Shown here: piece after piece, positions 55,099-64,000 of the stretch
Numbering within the stretch: the stretch's first letter is position 1
Layout of the letters: each line of letters opens with the position of its first letter
From: Anaerolineae bacterium
Lineage (GTDB): Bacteria; Chloroflexota; Anaerolineae; S140-20
Assembly (NCBI GenBank): GCA_027021705.1
Contig: JALUTT010000059.1
Span: 32,001-96,000 of the forward strand
DNA: 64,000 nt
Direction: 5' to 3'
The notes under the pieces: model-generated
Told to the model about the DNA's origin: nothing
The model's input: the letters and a program-made list of their open reading frames with translations, nothing else
The model's database searches: none
Position numbers and translations under genes: made by a program

Positions 55099-58000
55099 CG
55101 TTCCCTCTCTCCCGGCTCGTCTTGGGGGCGGGGTGGCAGATGGCCCTCGGCGGGCCGCGCCGCCGATCCTCCGGCGGTCGCAGATGCTGCTCCCGCTGCG
55201 CGCAAAACCGAGTCCACCGGCCCCCTGATGTTGTCGTACTCACCGCCGATCACCTCGTGGCTCTCCAGCACCGCGCCATAGTCCGTGGCGGTGTTGGCCG
55301 AGTCCACCTGGGCCCACACCTGGGTCTCATCGGCCAGGAGCCAGGCAACATGGCTCAGGTCCGCCCAGTAGTAGGCATCGCCCACGGTGAGGGTGAGCAC
55401 CCCGCCCGGCGTGAGGGCGGGCAGAGCGTCGGCGGTGACGCCCCACACGATCCCCTGCTCCCCCAACCGGCTCCAGGTCTGGTTGACGCCGGTCGGCTCG
55501 GCCTCCGGGGCGATGTAGACATCCACCCAGAACTCATCGGTGACGGGCCTGTCCCCGACGTTCTGGATGACCACCTGCACGTTGTCGGGGGTGGCGACGA
55601 TGCGCTTTACCACCAGATTGGGCGCCGGTACATGGTTCATCGCGACCATCGGCATGTAGATCGTCGGCGGGGGAATGACCTCCACCTCGAACGGCCCCGT
55701 CGTGGTCACGTTGCCCGCCCTGTCAGCGGCGGTGACCCACAGGAGATAGGTCCCGGCGGTCAGCGGATGTAGGTCGTAGCGCCACGCCTCTCCCGAACGC
55801 ACCGGCGGCTCGCTGTAGAACTCGCCCGTCGGGGTCTGGACGTCCACCCGCAGGTGGCTCACCGGCCCGCCGTCGCTCACCACGCCCGCCAGCACCCGGA
55901 CGGTGGCGGTGTAGACCGATGTGCTCACCACCTGCGTCACCGTGATCACTGGCGCGACGTTGTCTATGATGACGTTCATCGTCGTCGGGTCGGCGGTGCG
56001 GTTGCCCACCGCGTCTGTGCCGTAGAGAGAGATGGTCTCGGTCACGTAGTCCAGCGGCTCGTCGTTGGTCACCTGGTAGGACCAGCGGCCCGAAGTGGCG
56101 GCGCTGTAGCGCGGCGTCAGCACCAACCGGCTGCGGGTGTAGGCCCCGTCGTCGGTGGACGGGTTCAGGTCGCAGATGCGCAGCGTCCACGTGCCCGCTG
56201 CGTCCTCGCCCCGGAAGGATTGCAGCGGCTCGTAGGGCCTGGCCCGCTGCTCGTAGTAGGGAGCGGCCGGGTCCTGGTCCCCGTGCAGGCCGCCCAGACC
56301 CACCAGCTCAACGTCGTCCAGGAACAGGTCGTAGTTCTGGAAGTTGGTGCCGGAGACGCCATCGTCGTCGAGCAGCCGCACGCTCGTCCCGGACGGCGAT
56401 TCCAGCGTGACCCGGAGGTCGTCGCGGTGGGCGTGAGCGGCGACGAAGCCGACGCTCACCTGGCCGATGGGAAAACTCTCGGTGACCGTGAAGGTGCGCT
56501 CGATCTCGCCGCCGCTGCAGGTCGTGGTGCCGTCTATGGCGATGGGCGCGGAGGGCACGTCCTCCTGGACGATGACGGAGGGGCTGGGGGCGTCCGTCAG
56601 CAGGACGGCCGGCTCGCAGGCGGTGTCTATGCAGACCTCGACCCCGGCCACGCCGCCGTCGTCCAGCACGTCGCCCTCCAGGGCGAAGATGCCCCCCCGC
56701 AGCAGGCTGCCGGAGATGATCCCCGTGGCGGTCACGTCGAAGGTGACCGTCGGCGGCCTGGCATCCACCAGGAAGGGCTGCCAACCGGTCCATCCGCTCT
56801 CCTGCCCCCAGCCGTCCGCGGCCCTGAGGCGCAGGTTGAGGACCTGACCATCGGGGGCGCTGCTCGTATCCCAGGCGCACGACCATTGGCCATCCTGCGG
56901 GGTACCGTCCGGGCAGGCGAACGCGCCGCTTCCCTGGACCTCCACCGTGACCCGGGGCACGCCGGAGTCGTCGTAGGCGTAGCCGTACAGCGTGTTCTCC
57001 CCGGCGGGGATCCGGTAGGCCGGCTCCCGGAGCCCCAGGAAGACCGGGCCGTCGCCGTCCACCCGGTGGTCGGCCCACATCCGCTCCAGCGGCGGGCCGG
57101 AGGAGGGGTGGGCGTCGTCGTAGACCTGCGCCTCGACCGAGGCCCAGCGCACGCTGCTCAGCCCCGTGTCCACCACGCCCTGGAAGACGAGCGTCCCCTC
57201 CTCGCCCGGACCGATGTCGCCCAGGTTCACCACCCGGTGGTCATCGCCGGGCGTCAGGCGCAGGGCATCGTAGGCCGAGAGGTCCACCCACACGCCGGTG
57301 GCAGGGTCCGTGCCCGCGTTGCGGTAGCGGAGGGTGTAGGTGATGACCTGCCCGTCGCCCAGCAGCGGGACGTCGGCGTTCAGCCGGTCGAGGGAGGAAC
57401 GGGCGTCGGTCGGACGGTCGCCCGGCGGCAGGTTCCACAGGTCGAACAACCCGTCGCCCAGGAAGTGATAGACGGCCCCCGGCGGCTCGACCGACAGGCG
57501 AACCCGGAGGTCGGCATCCCGGTAGGGGGTGGTCCTCCCATCGCTCCCGTTGGGGCAGACCCCCGCGCCCAACCCGTCCCAGTGGTAGCGGTGGCTGAGG
57601 GCGAACTCGTGCTCCTCCTCGGAGGGCGTCTCGACCACGCGGCTGCTGTCCACACTGTTGCCGTTGGGCATCACGGCCCACAGGCGCAGGCCGTCCTCCT
57701 CGCTGGCGAGGGCCACCAGATCCAGCGGCGTCGAGGCCGGGTCGGCGATGCCCAGGAGGTCGAAGGGCAGGTAGAGGTCGGTCTGGCCGTCGCGCAGGGC
57801 CGGGTCGAAACGGTACTGAGATGGCGAGAGAGCGCTTCCGAAGGCCCAGTCGCTCCCATCCCAGTTCAGCAGCAGGGCGGTGTCGGAATCGCGCACCCAG
57901 ACCAGGTAGTCGGCGGCCATGCCGATGGTGGGCGAGAGGGGCGTGGCGCCGGGCAGATAGATGACCGTGTTGGTCATCGTGGCGCTGTAAGGGTTGAAGG

Positions 58001-61000
58001 CGGTGATGGTGCCACCGGGCCGGACGTCCAGGTAGACGAACAGGTCGCCGTCGGTGGACCAGTTGGCGCCGGTCCAGGCCAGGCGCAGCGCCTCATCGTT
58101 CCAGGTGACGTAGAAGGTCTGCTCGGCGCTCAGGGCGGCCCGGCTCGTCGCGTTGAGGCTGACCCGCCGGTCCACGCCGACCCGGGTGCAGCCGCTCTCC
58201 ATCCAGCCGTCGTAGAGGCCGTCCGGGTCGTCCAGGACCACATAGTCGGGCGTGGTGGGGCCGTCCACGTAGACGGGGCCGATGCTCTGCGCCGTCTGCT
58301 GGCCGTACACGTCCCGGCAGGTGACCTGGACCGTCACCTTCTGGCCGTCGCCGGCCTGGTATTGGGCGCTGCGCGTGAGCGGGTCGTGCGCGGTGATGGT
58401 GGTCGTCACCGTGCCGGTCGTCTGGGCCGTCCATTCGGCCAGGTAGTCGGTCAGGCCGCTGCCGTCGCTGCTGGCGGTCCAGGTGAGGGTCAGCGTGGGT
58501 GAAAGAACGCGCAGGGTGTCGCCCGGGGCGAGGGGGCTACCGCCGCTGGTCAGGGTGAGGGTGACCGGGGCGGGTGGCACTACGTCCACGGTGATGACTT
58601 CGGTGACCTGCGCCGTGTGCCCGGCGATGTCGGTGGCCTGCGCCGTGACGGTGTAGGTCTCGCCGTCGGGCAGCGGCCCCGTGCCCAGGTACCAGGGCAC
58701 GACCCACGGGCCACCGGCGGAGCCTACACTCCCCTCGAAGTGGCGCGTACCGGTGACGACGACCCGCACCTGGGGCCGGCTGACGGTGTCGGTGACCAGG
58801 CCGGTCAGATCGAGGATATCCGGCGCGTGGTAGTGGGTGGTGGTGAGCAGTGTGGGGGTGATGACGATGCTCGGCCGCTGGGCGTCCACGGTGACGGTGA
58901 GGGTGTCGGTGGCGACGTTCCCATCCCAGTCGGTGACCCGTGCCTGGAGCCGGTGCTGGCCCTCGCCGGCCGGGGTCCAGTTGGTGGACCAGTATGTGCC
59001 GGTGACGGTGCCGCTGGCCCAGGCGTCGGTGTAGAGGGTGGTGCTATCCACGGTGACAGTGAGGGCCCGCAGCGAGGAGGTGACCGACTCGGCCTGGCCG
59101 GTGACGGTGACGGGGTCCAGGCTGCCCAGCACCGGCGGCACGCTGAGGATGGAGACGGTGAGGCTGGGCTGGCTCTGGGCCTGGACCAGGGCCGTCGTGT
59201 GGAGGGTCTGTTGAGCGGAGGCCAGGGTGACCGTGGTGCAGTTGCCGGCCGTGTCGCAGGCTGTGGCCTGCTCGCCGCCGGCCGGGTCGCAGGCCGCAGT
59301 CCCCCCGCCGCCGGCCCCGACCAGGCTCAGCACCCGCAGCCCGTAGTCCCAGGCGGCCACGTAGGCGTAGTCGCCGGAGACGGCGACGCCCCGGGCGTAG
59401 CCCGGCGTGTAGAGGCCGTCTGTGAACTGGGGGTTGGTGGGGTCGGAGACGTTGATGATGGGCAGGCCGCTGAGGCCATCGGCCAGGTAGACGGAACCTC
59501 CCTGGAGGGCCACATCCCCGGCATAGCCTGGCGTGTCGTAGGAGCCGACCTCGGTCGGGCTGGACGGGTTCGAGACGTCAATGACCCGCAGACCGGCCTG
59601 GCCGTCGGCCACGTAGGCGTGGGTGCCGGAGAGGGCGACGCCGACGGCATTCCCCGAGGTGTCGTAGGAGGCGACCTCGGTCGGACTGGACGGGTTCGAC
59701 ACGTCAAGGACCCACAGGCCAGCGCTGCCACCAGCTACATAGGCATAATTGCCGGAGACGGCGACGTCGTAGGCCGGGGCGATGCCGGGCTCAATGCCCA
59801 GGAGAACTGGGGAGGCGGGGTTAGAGATGTCGAACACCTCCAAGCCATTTCCCTTATCGGCCACGTAGGCATAGTCCCCCGCGACGGCGACGCCCTGGGC
59901 ATCCGGTGTCTCGGCACCCCCGACCAAGGTCGGATGGGTCGGGTCTGAGACATCCACGATGACCAGGCCGTCGGTATCGTCGGCCAGGTAGACATAGTTG
60001 CCGACCACGTCTACGCCCAGCACCTTCCCCGCTGTGTCGTACCGGCCCACAAGGGCCGGCTGGTCGGGCTTCGAGACGTCCACCACGTAGAGGCCGCTCT
60101 CCCCGGCGGCGACGTAGGCGTGGGTGCCGGAGACGGCAACGGCGTGGGCGACGCGGGCGGAGCCCAGAGCGCCGACCTCTTCGAGCGTTGCGGGGAAGAG
60201 GTCGCAGACGGCGGTGAGTTGGTAGAGGGGCCGCGCCGTGTCGGACGTCCCGCCGGAGAGGGCGGCGTACCAGGGGGATTGGAAGTAGCGGTGCTCGGTG
60301 GCAACGCCCACGCCGCACGGCGTCTCAAAACGGTCCGCGTCCAGGCTGAAGTCCTGGGCGACGGTGGTGTAGCGGCAGTAGGGACCGACGATGGTGCGCG
60401 TCATCGTCAGGCGCGGGGCCAGGGTGTCCACCTCGCCGCGCCACGCGCCCCGGCTCTCCACGGAGTTGTCGGCGTGGCCGGCCGCGTCCCAGCCGCGCAG
60501 GTCGAGCCGGTAGGAGCCCTCCAGCCCGGCGGGCGGCGCGTCGGTCCAACTGGCCAGTTCCCCACCGGCGGGGGCGACCGTCGTCTCGCGCCACCGGCTC
60601 TGGTAGAGGGCGTTGATCTCGATCTCCGAAAGGGCGCGCGGGTAGATGCGCACGTCGTCCAGCCGCCCCTGCCAGTACGCCAGCGTAGATGGGTCGGCGG
60701 TCACGTCCCAGCGGAGCGTGGCCGAGGTGGAGGCATCGGCGAAGGTGTGGCTGCCGGATCCGAGGGTGGTATCGAGGGCAAAGGTGCCCAGGCGAACGAT
60801 GCCCAGGCCGAGGTGCTTCCACACCTCGAGGTTGGCCGAGCCACAAAAAAGGATAGCCTTGTCGAGGGGGATGCTCTCGTCGGGCGTGGGCCAACGCGGG
60901 GCAGAGTACACCCACCTGCCGTCGAATTTAACGACGTAGCCAAAGGTCCACCGGGGATGGGGGATGAATTCTCGTAGGCTGAGGACGGCGCAGGAGGAGT

Positions 61001-64000
61001 TGGCGACCGCATCCCGACCGATGTCGAACCGCTGCGCAGGGTAGGGGGTGCGGCCGGCGAACTGGTCGGTCGCGGCCCGCTCGACGCCGTTGACGTAGAT
61101 CCGATACGTGGTGCCGTCGAAGGTGACCGCTACGTGGTTCCAGGTGTTTTCGGTGAGGATGCTGCCGGTGGTGAAGGTGTCCAGGTTGCTACCGTCGCCA
61201 AAGCCGACCTGCAATGCCGTGCGGTTCACGACCCGCAGGAAGGGGTAGGCGTAGGGAGCCTCGCTGTAGGCCCCGCTGCCCAGGATGGGGTGGGCACCGT
61301 CGTCGGCCGGGGTGGGGTAGACCCAGGCCATCTGGGTGAAGCGGCCACGGCTCAGGTCGAGGCCGGCGTCCGGGGCGACGCCGACGTAGTCGTCCGTGCC
61401 GTCGAAGGGCAGGGCGTAGGCGCCGGCCGGGCCAGGCACGGCCTGCCTGGTGGGGTCATCCGCGCCAGTGTGCAGTGTGCCGTGGTGCTCCCAGCCCGAG
61501 ACGTCGTCCAGGCGCGTGCCGTCGGCGGCCCAGGCGGTCTCGAAGGGCAGCCGCAGCAGCGGGCCGGCGCCCAGGTAGAGGGTTTTGATCTCGTCGGCGG
61601 AGAGGGCGCGGTCGAAGACGCGCACCTCGTCGATCCGGCCGGCAAAGGGTTCGTTGCCCCAGAGGTCCCGGCCGATGAGCAGGCCATCGTCGGTATCGGG
61701 GTTGGCGGGAGCGCTTCCGGCGATGGTCTGGCGGGCCTGGCCGTCCACGTAGAAGGTGACGCTGTTGTCGGCACCCATCACGGCGGCGACGTGATACCAT
61801 ACCCCCGGCCTCAGTTGGACGTTCGTGGTGTCGTACTCCTGCACGCCAAAGGTGGCGAAGCGCAGGCCGGCCCCATTGAGGAAGAACCCGAACCCGTCCA
61901 CGCTGTGCCAGCGCTCGGTGCCGAGGATGCGCTGCACGCCGGTGACCCGGTCGGGGTTGATCCAGGCCATCACGGTGAAATCGTTGGTCAGTCGGTTGAT
62001 GGCGCTGTTTCTGATCCAGACCTGGTCGTCCAGCCCGTCGAAACGGGCCGCGCCGCCGTCGTGGCCGGTCGCTCCGACGGTCGGGCAGAGCGCGCCATAG
62101 CACCAGCCATCGTTCCCCTGGCCGGAAACGTCCTGGAAGGTGACGTTGCCCCTCCGGTCGCGGTCGTCCTCGAAGGGGAGGTGGAGGAGTTCGCCGGCGG
62201 GCGGGGTCTCGTTGTAGAAGGGCGAGCCGGGCAGGGTGGACTCAAAGGCCGCCTCGACGCGGGAGACGCCGGCGACGGAGACATCCGGGCAGGTGGACGC
62301 GGTGGCGATAAAGGGCACGGTGGTCCCGGCCCCGTAGTTCCCATCCCACGTGGCCACCGTCGTGCCGCAGACCTGCACCGTGCCGGTCACGCCGCCGTCT
62401 CCGCCGCTGTCGCTCAGGCCGACCTGGCAGGCCGCGCCCTGGTGGACCCGCCCGTCCCACGTGTAGGTCGTCTGGGAGGCGAAGGCCCCCTGCTCGACCC
62501 AGTAGAGCGTCCTGCCCAGGCACCGGATCTCGATGCCGGATTCGTCGCCCGCTGCGTCGGTCGTCCAGGAGACGACGAGGGGCACGGGCCGGTCGGTGAC
62601 GTCGCCCTGGAGGGTGACCGTGCCGGTGAGGGTGGCCGTGGGGATGCCCGCCAGGTCGAGGTGGGCAGCGGGGGCGGCGGCGTCCACGTAGACGGTCGCC
62701 AGGTTGATGCTTGTCTGGTTGCCGACCCGGTCGGCGGCCTCGGCGTGGACGGTGTAGGAGCCTTCGGGAGCGCCGTCGGCGAAGACGTACTCGACGCTCC
62801 ACGTGTCCCCCGTCACCGTGGCGGCCTGGGTGCCCTGGCCGGCGGGCGTGCCGTCGGGGGTCAGCAGCGTCACCCGGAGGCTGCCCGCGGCCAGGCCGCT
62901 GCCGGCGTACCCGCCGGGGAGGGGCGGGTCGCTCACCGTGCCGCTCAGGCGCACCAGCCAGGCCTGTCCGATGGTAGGATGGGGAGCGGCGTCAATGCGC
63001 GAACCGTTGGCCGCGTCCAGGGTCACCACGGGGGGCGTGCCGTCCACGTAGAGGGTGTAATCCTGGGGCGAGCGCTGCCGGTGGCCGACCCGGTCCACGG
63101 CGCTGGCGCGCAGGGTGTAGCGGCCCTCACCGGAGGGGGTGAAGGTGGGGCACCAAGCAGCGCCGTTCGGAGCATCCATGCAGCGCGGGGCACTGACCCA
63201 GGTAAAGGCGCTCTGGCCCTCCCGGCGGAAGCCCAATCCCACTTGCATCACGTCGGAGGTGGGGTCGAGGGCCTCGATGTGCATCACCACGTCCTGCTCG
63301 GCCCGGTAGTCGGGCGCGTCGGTGCGGACGGAGCGCAGGACCGGCGTGGGGTCGTCGGCGTCCACGGTGACGGGGTGGCTCTGGCGGTCCTCGGCCCACT
63401 TGCCCTGGTAGAGGAAGATCTCGCGCACCTGGCGGGGCGAGAGGGCATAGTCGTAGAGGGTGACCTCGTCTATGCGGCCGACGAAGGGCGTGAAGGCGTC
63501 CCACTGGCGCCCGATGTTGAGCGGGGTGTCGCTCTGGCAGACGGTGCCGGCGAGCGGCACGCTCCGATCCAGAGTGCCGTTGATGTAAAGGTTGACCTGC
63601 TGCCCATCGTAGGTCATCATCACGTGGTTCCACCGGTTCAGGAGCAGTTCACCCACGCTGTCGTAGGCCCGCCAGGTAGTGCAGTCCCCGGCCTGGAAGG
63701 AGAAGCGCACCCGGGTCGAGTTGGGCAGCAGCATCAGGCTGTAGTTGCGTTCCCCGCCGGTGCTGTTCTCTTTGGCCAGGATAACCTGTTGCTCGTTCTT
63801 GAGTTGGGTGGGCATGACCCACGCGCCGACGCTGAAGGTGGTGACGTCCAGGGCCGAGTCGTCGGGGACGGTGATGATGTCGTCCAGGCCGTCGAACTGG
63901 GGGGCCAGGCCGACCCGCCCCCGGGCGCCGACGGCCGGACAGGCGGCGCTGTCGCCACAGGCGCCGTGGTTGTCGTGGCCCGAAGCGTCCATGAAGAACG
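55062..64000 (-). CDS. Giant surface/secreted protein, 5' end outside the window (LamG x3, Ig-like repeats, LVIVD propeller, DUF11-like, P-proprotein, CARDB-like)
   Basis: Frame stays open past ATG 63992 to the window edge; GRIDEV/GRLDDV LamG ends, DxAGN Ig repeats, GLxVxDVS repeats, GTWTLRICD and IYMPMV. Confidence 0.9.
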   Translation of the reverse strand, partial: FFMDASGHDNHGACGDSAACPAVGARGRVGLAPQFDGLDDIITVPDDSALDVTTFSVGAWVMPTQLKNEQQVILAKENSTGGERNYSLMLLPNSTRVRFSFQAGDCTTWRAYDSVGELLLNRWNHVMMTYDGQQVNLYINGTLDRSVPLAGTVCQSDTPLNIGRQWDAFTPFVGRIDEVTLYDYALSPRQVREIFLYQGKWAEDRQSHPVTVDADDPTPVLRSVRTDAPDYRAEQDVVMHIEALDPTSDVMQVGLGFRREGQSAFTWVSAPRCMDAPNGAAWCPTFTPSGEGRYTLRASAVDRVGHRQRSPQDYTLYVDGTPPVVTLDAANGSRIDAAPHPTIGQAWLVRLSGTVSDPPLPGGYAGSGLAAGSLRVTLLTPDGTPAGQGTQAATVTGDTWSVEYVFADGAPEGSYTVHAEAADRVGNQTSINLATVYVDAAAPAAHLDLAGIPTATLTGTVTLQGDVTDRPVPLVVSWTTDAAGDESGIEIRCLGRTLYWVEQGAFASQTTYTWDGRVHQGAACQVGLSDSGGDGGVTGTVQVCGTTVATWDGNYGAGTTVPFIATASTCPDVSVAGVSRVEAAFESTLPGSPFYNETPPAGELLHLPFEDDRDRRGNVTFQDVSGQGNDGWCYGALCPTVGATGHDGGAARFDGLDDQVWIRNSAINRLTNDFTVMAWINPDRVTGVQRILGTERWHSVDGFGFFLNGAGLRFATFGVQEYDTTNVQLRPGVWYHVAAVMGADNSVTFYVDGQARQTIAGSAPANPDTDDGLLIGRDLWGNEPFAGRIDEVRVFDRALSADEIKTLYLGAGPLLRLPFETAWAADGTRLDDVSGWEHHGTLHTGADDPTRQAVPGPAGAYALPFDGTDDYVGVAPDAGLDLSRGRFTQMAWVYPTPADDGAHPILGSGAYSEAPYAYPFLRVVNRTALQVGFGDGSNLDTFTTGSILTENTWNHVAVTFDGTTYRIYVNGVERAATDQFAGRTPYPAQRFDIGRDAVANSSCAVLSLREFIPHPRWTFGYVVKFDGRWVYSAPRWPTPDESIPLDKAILFCGSANLEVWKHLGLGIVRLGTFALDTTLGSGSHTFADASTSATLRWDVTADPSTLAYWQGRLDDVRIYPRALSEIEINALYQSRWRETTVAPAGGELASWTDAPPAGLEGSYRLDLRGWDAAGHADNSVESRGAWRGEVDTLAPRLTMTRTIVGPYCRYTTVAQDFSLDADRFETPCGVGVATEHRYFQSPWYAALSGGTSDTARPLYQLTAVCDLFPATLEEVGALGSARVAHAVAVSGTHAYVAAGESGLYVVDVSKPDQPALVGRYDTAGKVLGVDVVGNYVYLADDTDGLVIVDVSDPTHPTLVGGAETPDAQGVAVAGDYAYVADKGNGLEVFDISNPASPVLLGIEPGIAPAYDVAVSGNYAYVAGGSAGLWVLDVSNPSSPTEVASYDTSGNAVGVALSGTHAYVADGQAGLRVIDVSNPSSPTEVGSYDTPGYAGDVALQGGSVYLADGLSGLPIINVSDPTNPQFTDGLYTPGYARGVAVSGDYAYVAAWDYGLRVLSLVGAGGGGTAACDPAGGEQATACDTAGNCTTVTLASAQQTLHTTALVQAQSQPSLTVSILSVPPVLGSLDPVTVTGQAESVTSSLRALTVTVDSTTLYTDAWASGTVTGTYWSTNWTPAGEGQHRLQARVTDWDGNVATDTLTVTVDAQRPSIVITPTLLTTTHYHAPDILDLTGLVTDTVSRPQVRVVVTGTRHFEGSVGSAGGPWVVPWYLGTGPLPDGETYTVTAQATDIAGHTAQVTEVITVDVVPPAPVTLTLTSGGSPLAPGDTLRVLSPTLTLTWTASSDGSGLTDYLAEWTAQTTGTVTTTITAHDPLTRSAQYQAGDGQKVTVQVTCRDVYGQQTAQSIGPVYVDGPTTPDYVVLDDPDGLYDGWMESGCTRVGVDRRVSLNATSRAALSAEQTFYVTWNDEALRLAWTGANWSTDGDLFVYLDVRPGGTITAFNPYSATMTNTVIYLPGATPLSPTIGMAADYLVWVRDSDTALLLNWDGSDWAFGSALSPSQYRFDPALRDGQTDLYLPFDLLGIADPASTPLDLVALASEEDGLRLWAVMPNGNSVDSSRVVETPSEEEHEFALSHRYHWDGLGAGVCPNGSDGRTTPYRDADLRVRLSVEPPGAVYHFLGDGLFDLWNLPPGDRPTDARSSLDRLNADVPLLGDGQVITYTLRYRNAGTDPATGVWVDLSAYDALRLTPGDDHRVVNLGDIGPGEEGTLVFQGVVDTGLSSVRWASVEAQVYDDAHPSSGPPLERMWADHRVDGDGPVFLGLREPAYRIPAGENTLYGYAYDDSGVPRVTVEVQGSGAFACPDGTPQDGQWSCAWDTSSAPDGQVLNLRLRAADGWGQESGWTGWQPFLVDARPPTVTFDVTATGIISGSLLRGGIFALEGDVLDDGGVAGVEVCIDTACEPAVLLTDAPSPSVIVQEDVPSAPIAIDGTTTCSGGEIERTFTVTESFPIGQVSVGFVAAHAHRDDLRVTLESPSGTSVRLLDDDGVSGTNFQNYDLFLDDVELVGLGGLHGDQDPAAPYYEQRARPYEPLQSFRGEDAAGTWTLRICDLNPSTDDGAYTRSRLVLTPRYSAATSGRWSYQVTNDEPLDYVTETISLYGTDAVGNRTADPTTMNVIIDNVAPVITVTQVVSTSVYTATVRVLAGVVSDGGPVSHLRVDVQTPTGEFYSEPPVRSGEAWRYDLHPLTAGTYLLWVTAADRAGNVTTTGPFEVEVIPPPTIYMPMVAMNHVPAPNLVVKRIVATPDNVQVVIQNVGDRPVTDEFWVDVYIAPEAEPTGVNQTWSRLGEQGIVWGVTADALPALTPGGVLTLTVGDAYYWADLSHVAWLLADETQVWAQVDSANTATDYGAVLESHEVIGGEYDNIRGPVDSVLRAAGAASATAGGSAARPAEGHLPPRPQDEPGERERWPRPRFIPAPR

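Noticed and set aside
59330..60190. Nucleotide repeats in the giant gene as DGR template/variable repeats
   Set aside because: Explained by ~42-aa LVIVD protein repeats; no reverse transcriptase and no adenine-specific pattern noticed

Overview
High-GC bacterial chromosomal window. The gene content and intergenic repeats suggest Chloroflexota, probably Anaerolineae (inference). From left to right it holds: (1) a pseudouridine synthase and tRNA-Leu(GAG); (2) an 11-gene, ~16.6 kb minus-strand signalling cluster (DUF4388-like protein, MglA/CvnD-like small GTPase, two alpha/beta hydrolases, V4R protein, GlmU-like protein, acyl-ACP-reductase-like protein, REC-GGDEF, CPBP-like membrane protein, a 2520-aa hybrid kinase with ten GAF domains, and a stand-alone REC protein), in which several enzyme folds lack catalytic residues; (3) rpsF-ssb-rpsR; (4) two TetR-led units with a SAM-methyltransferase fused to an HgcA-like corrinoid/membrane protein, a ferredoxin, an F420-type oxidoreductase and an ABC-2/HlyD exporter; (5) a Liv-type ABC importer with two CoA ligases; (6) a 2 kb decayed IS chimera carrying a HerA-like fragment and a GNAT; (7) the 3' part of a >2970-aa surface protein. 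Intergenic regions contain several MITE/REP-like families, and all five copies of one family are flanked by their own 8-bp direct repeats. The best candidates for undescribed systems are the methyltransferase-HgcA-like/ferredoxin/exporter unit and the pseudoenzyme-rich GTPase/kinase cluster. Family calls come from motif recognition by eye; no database search was run.
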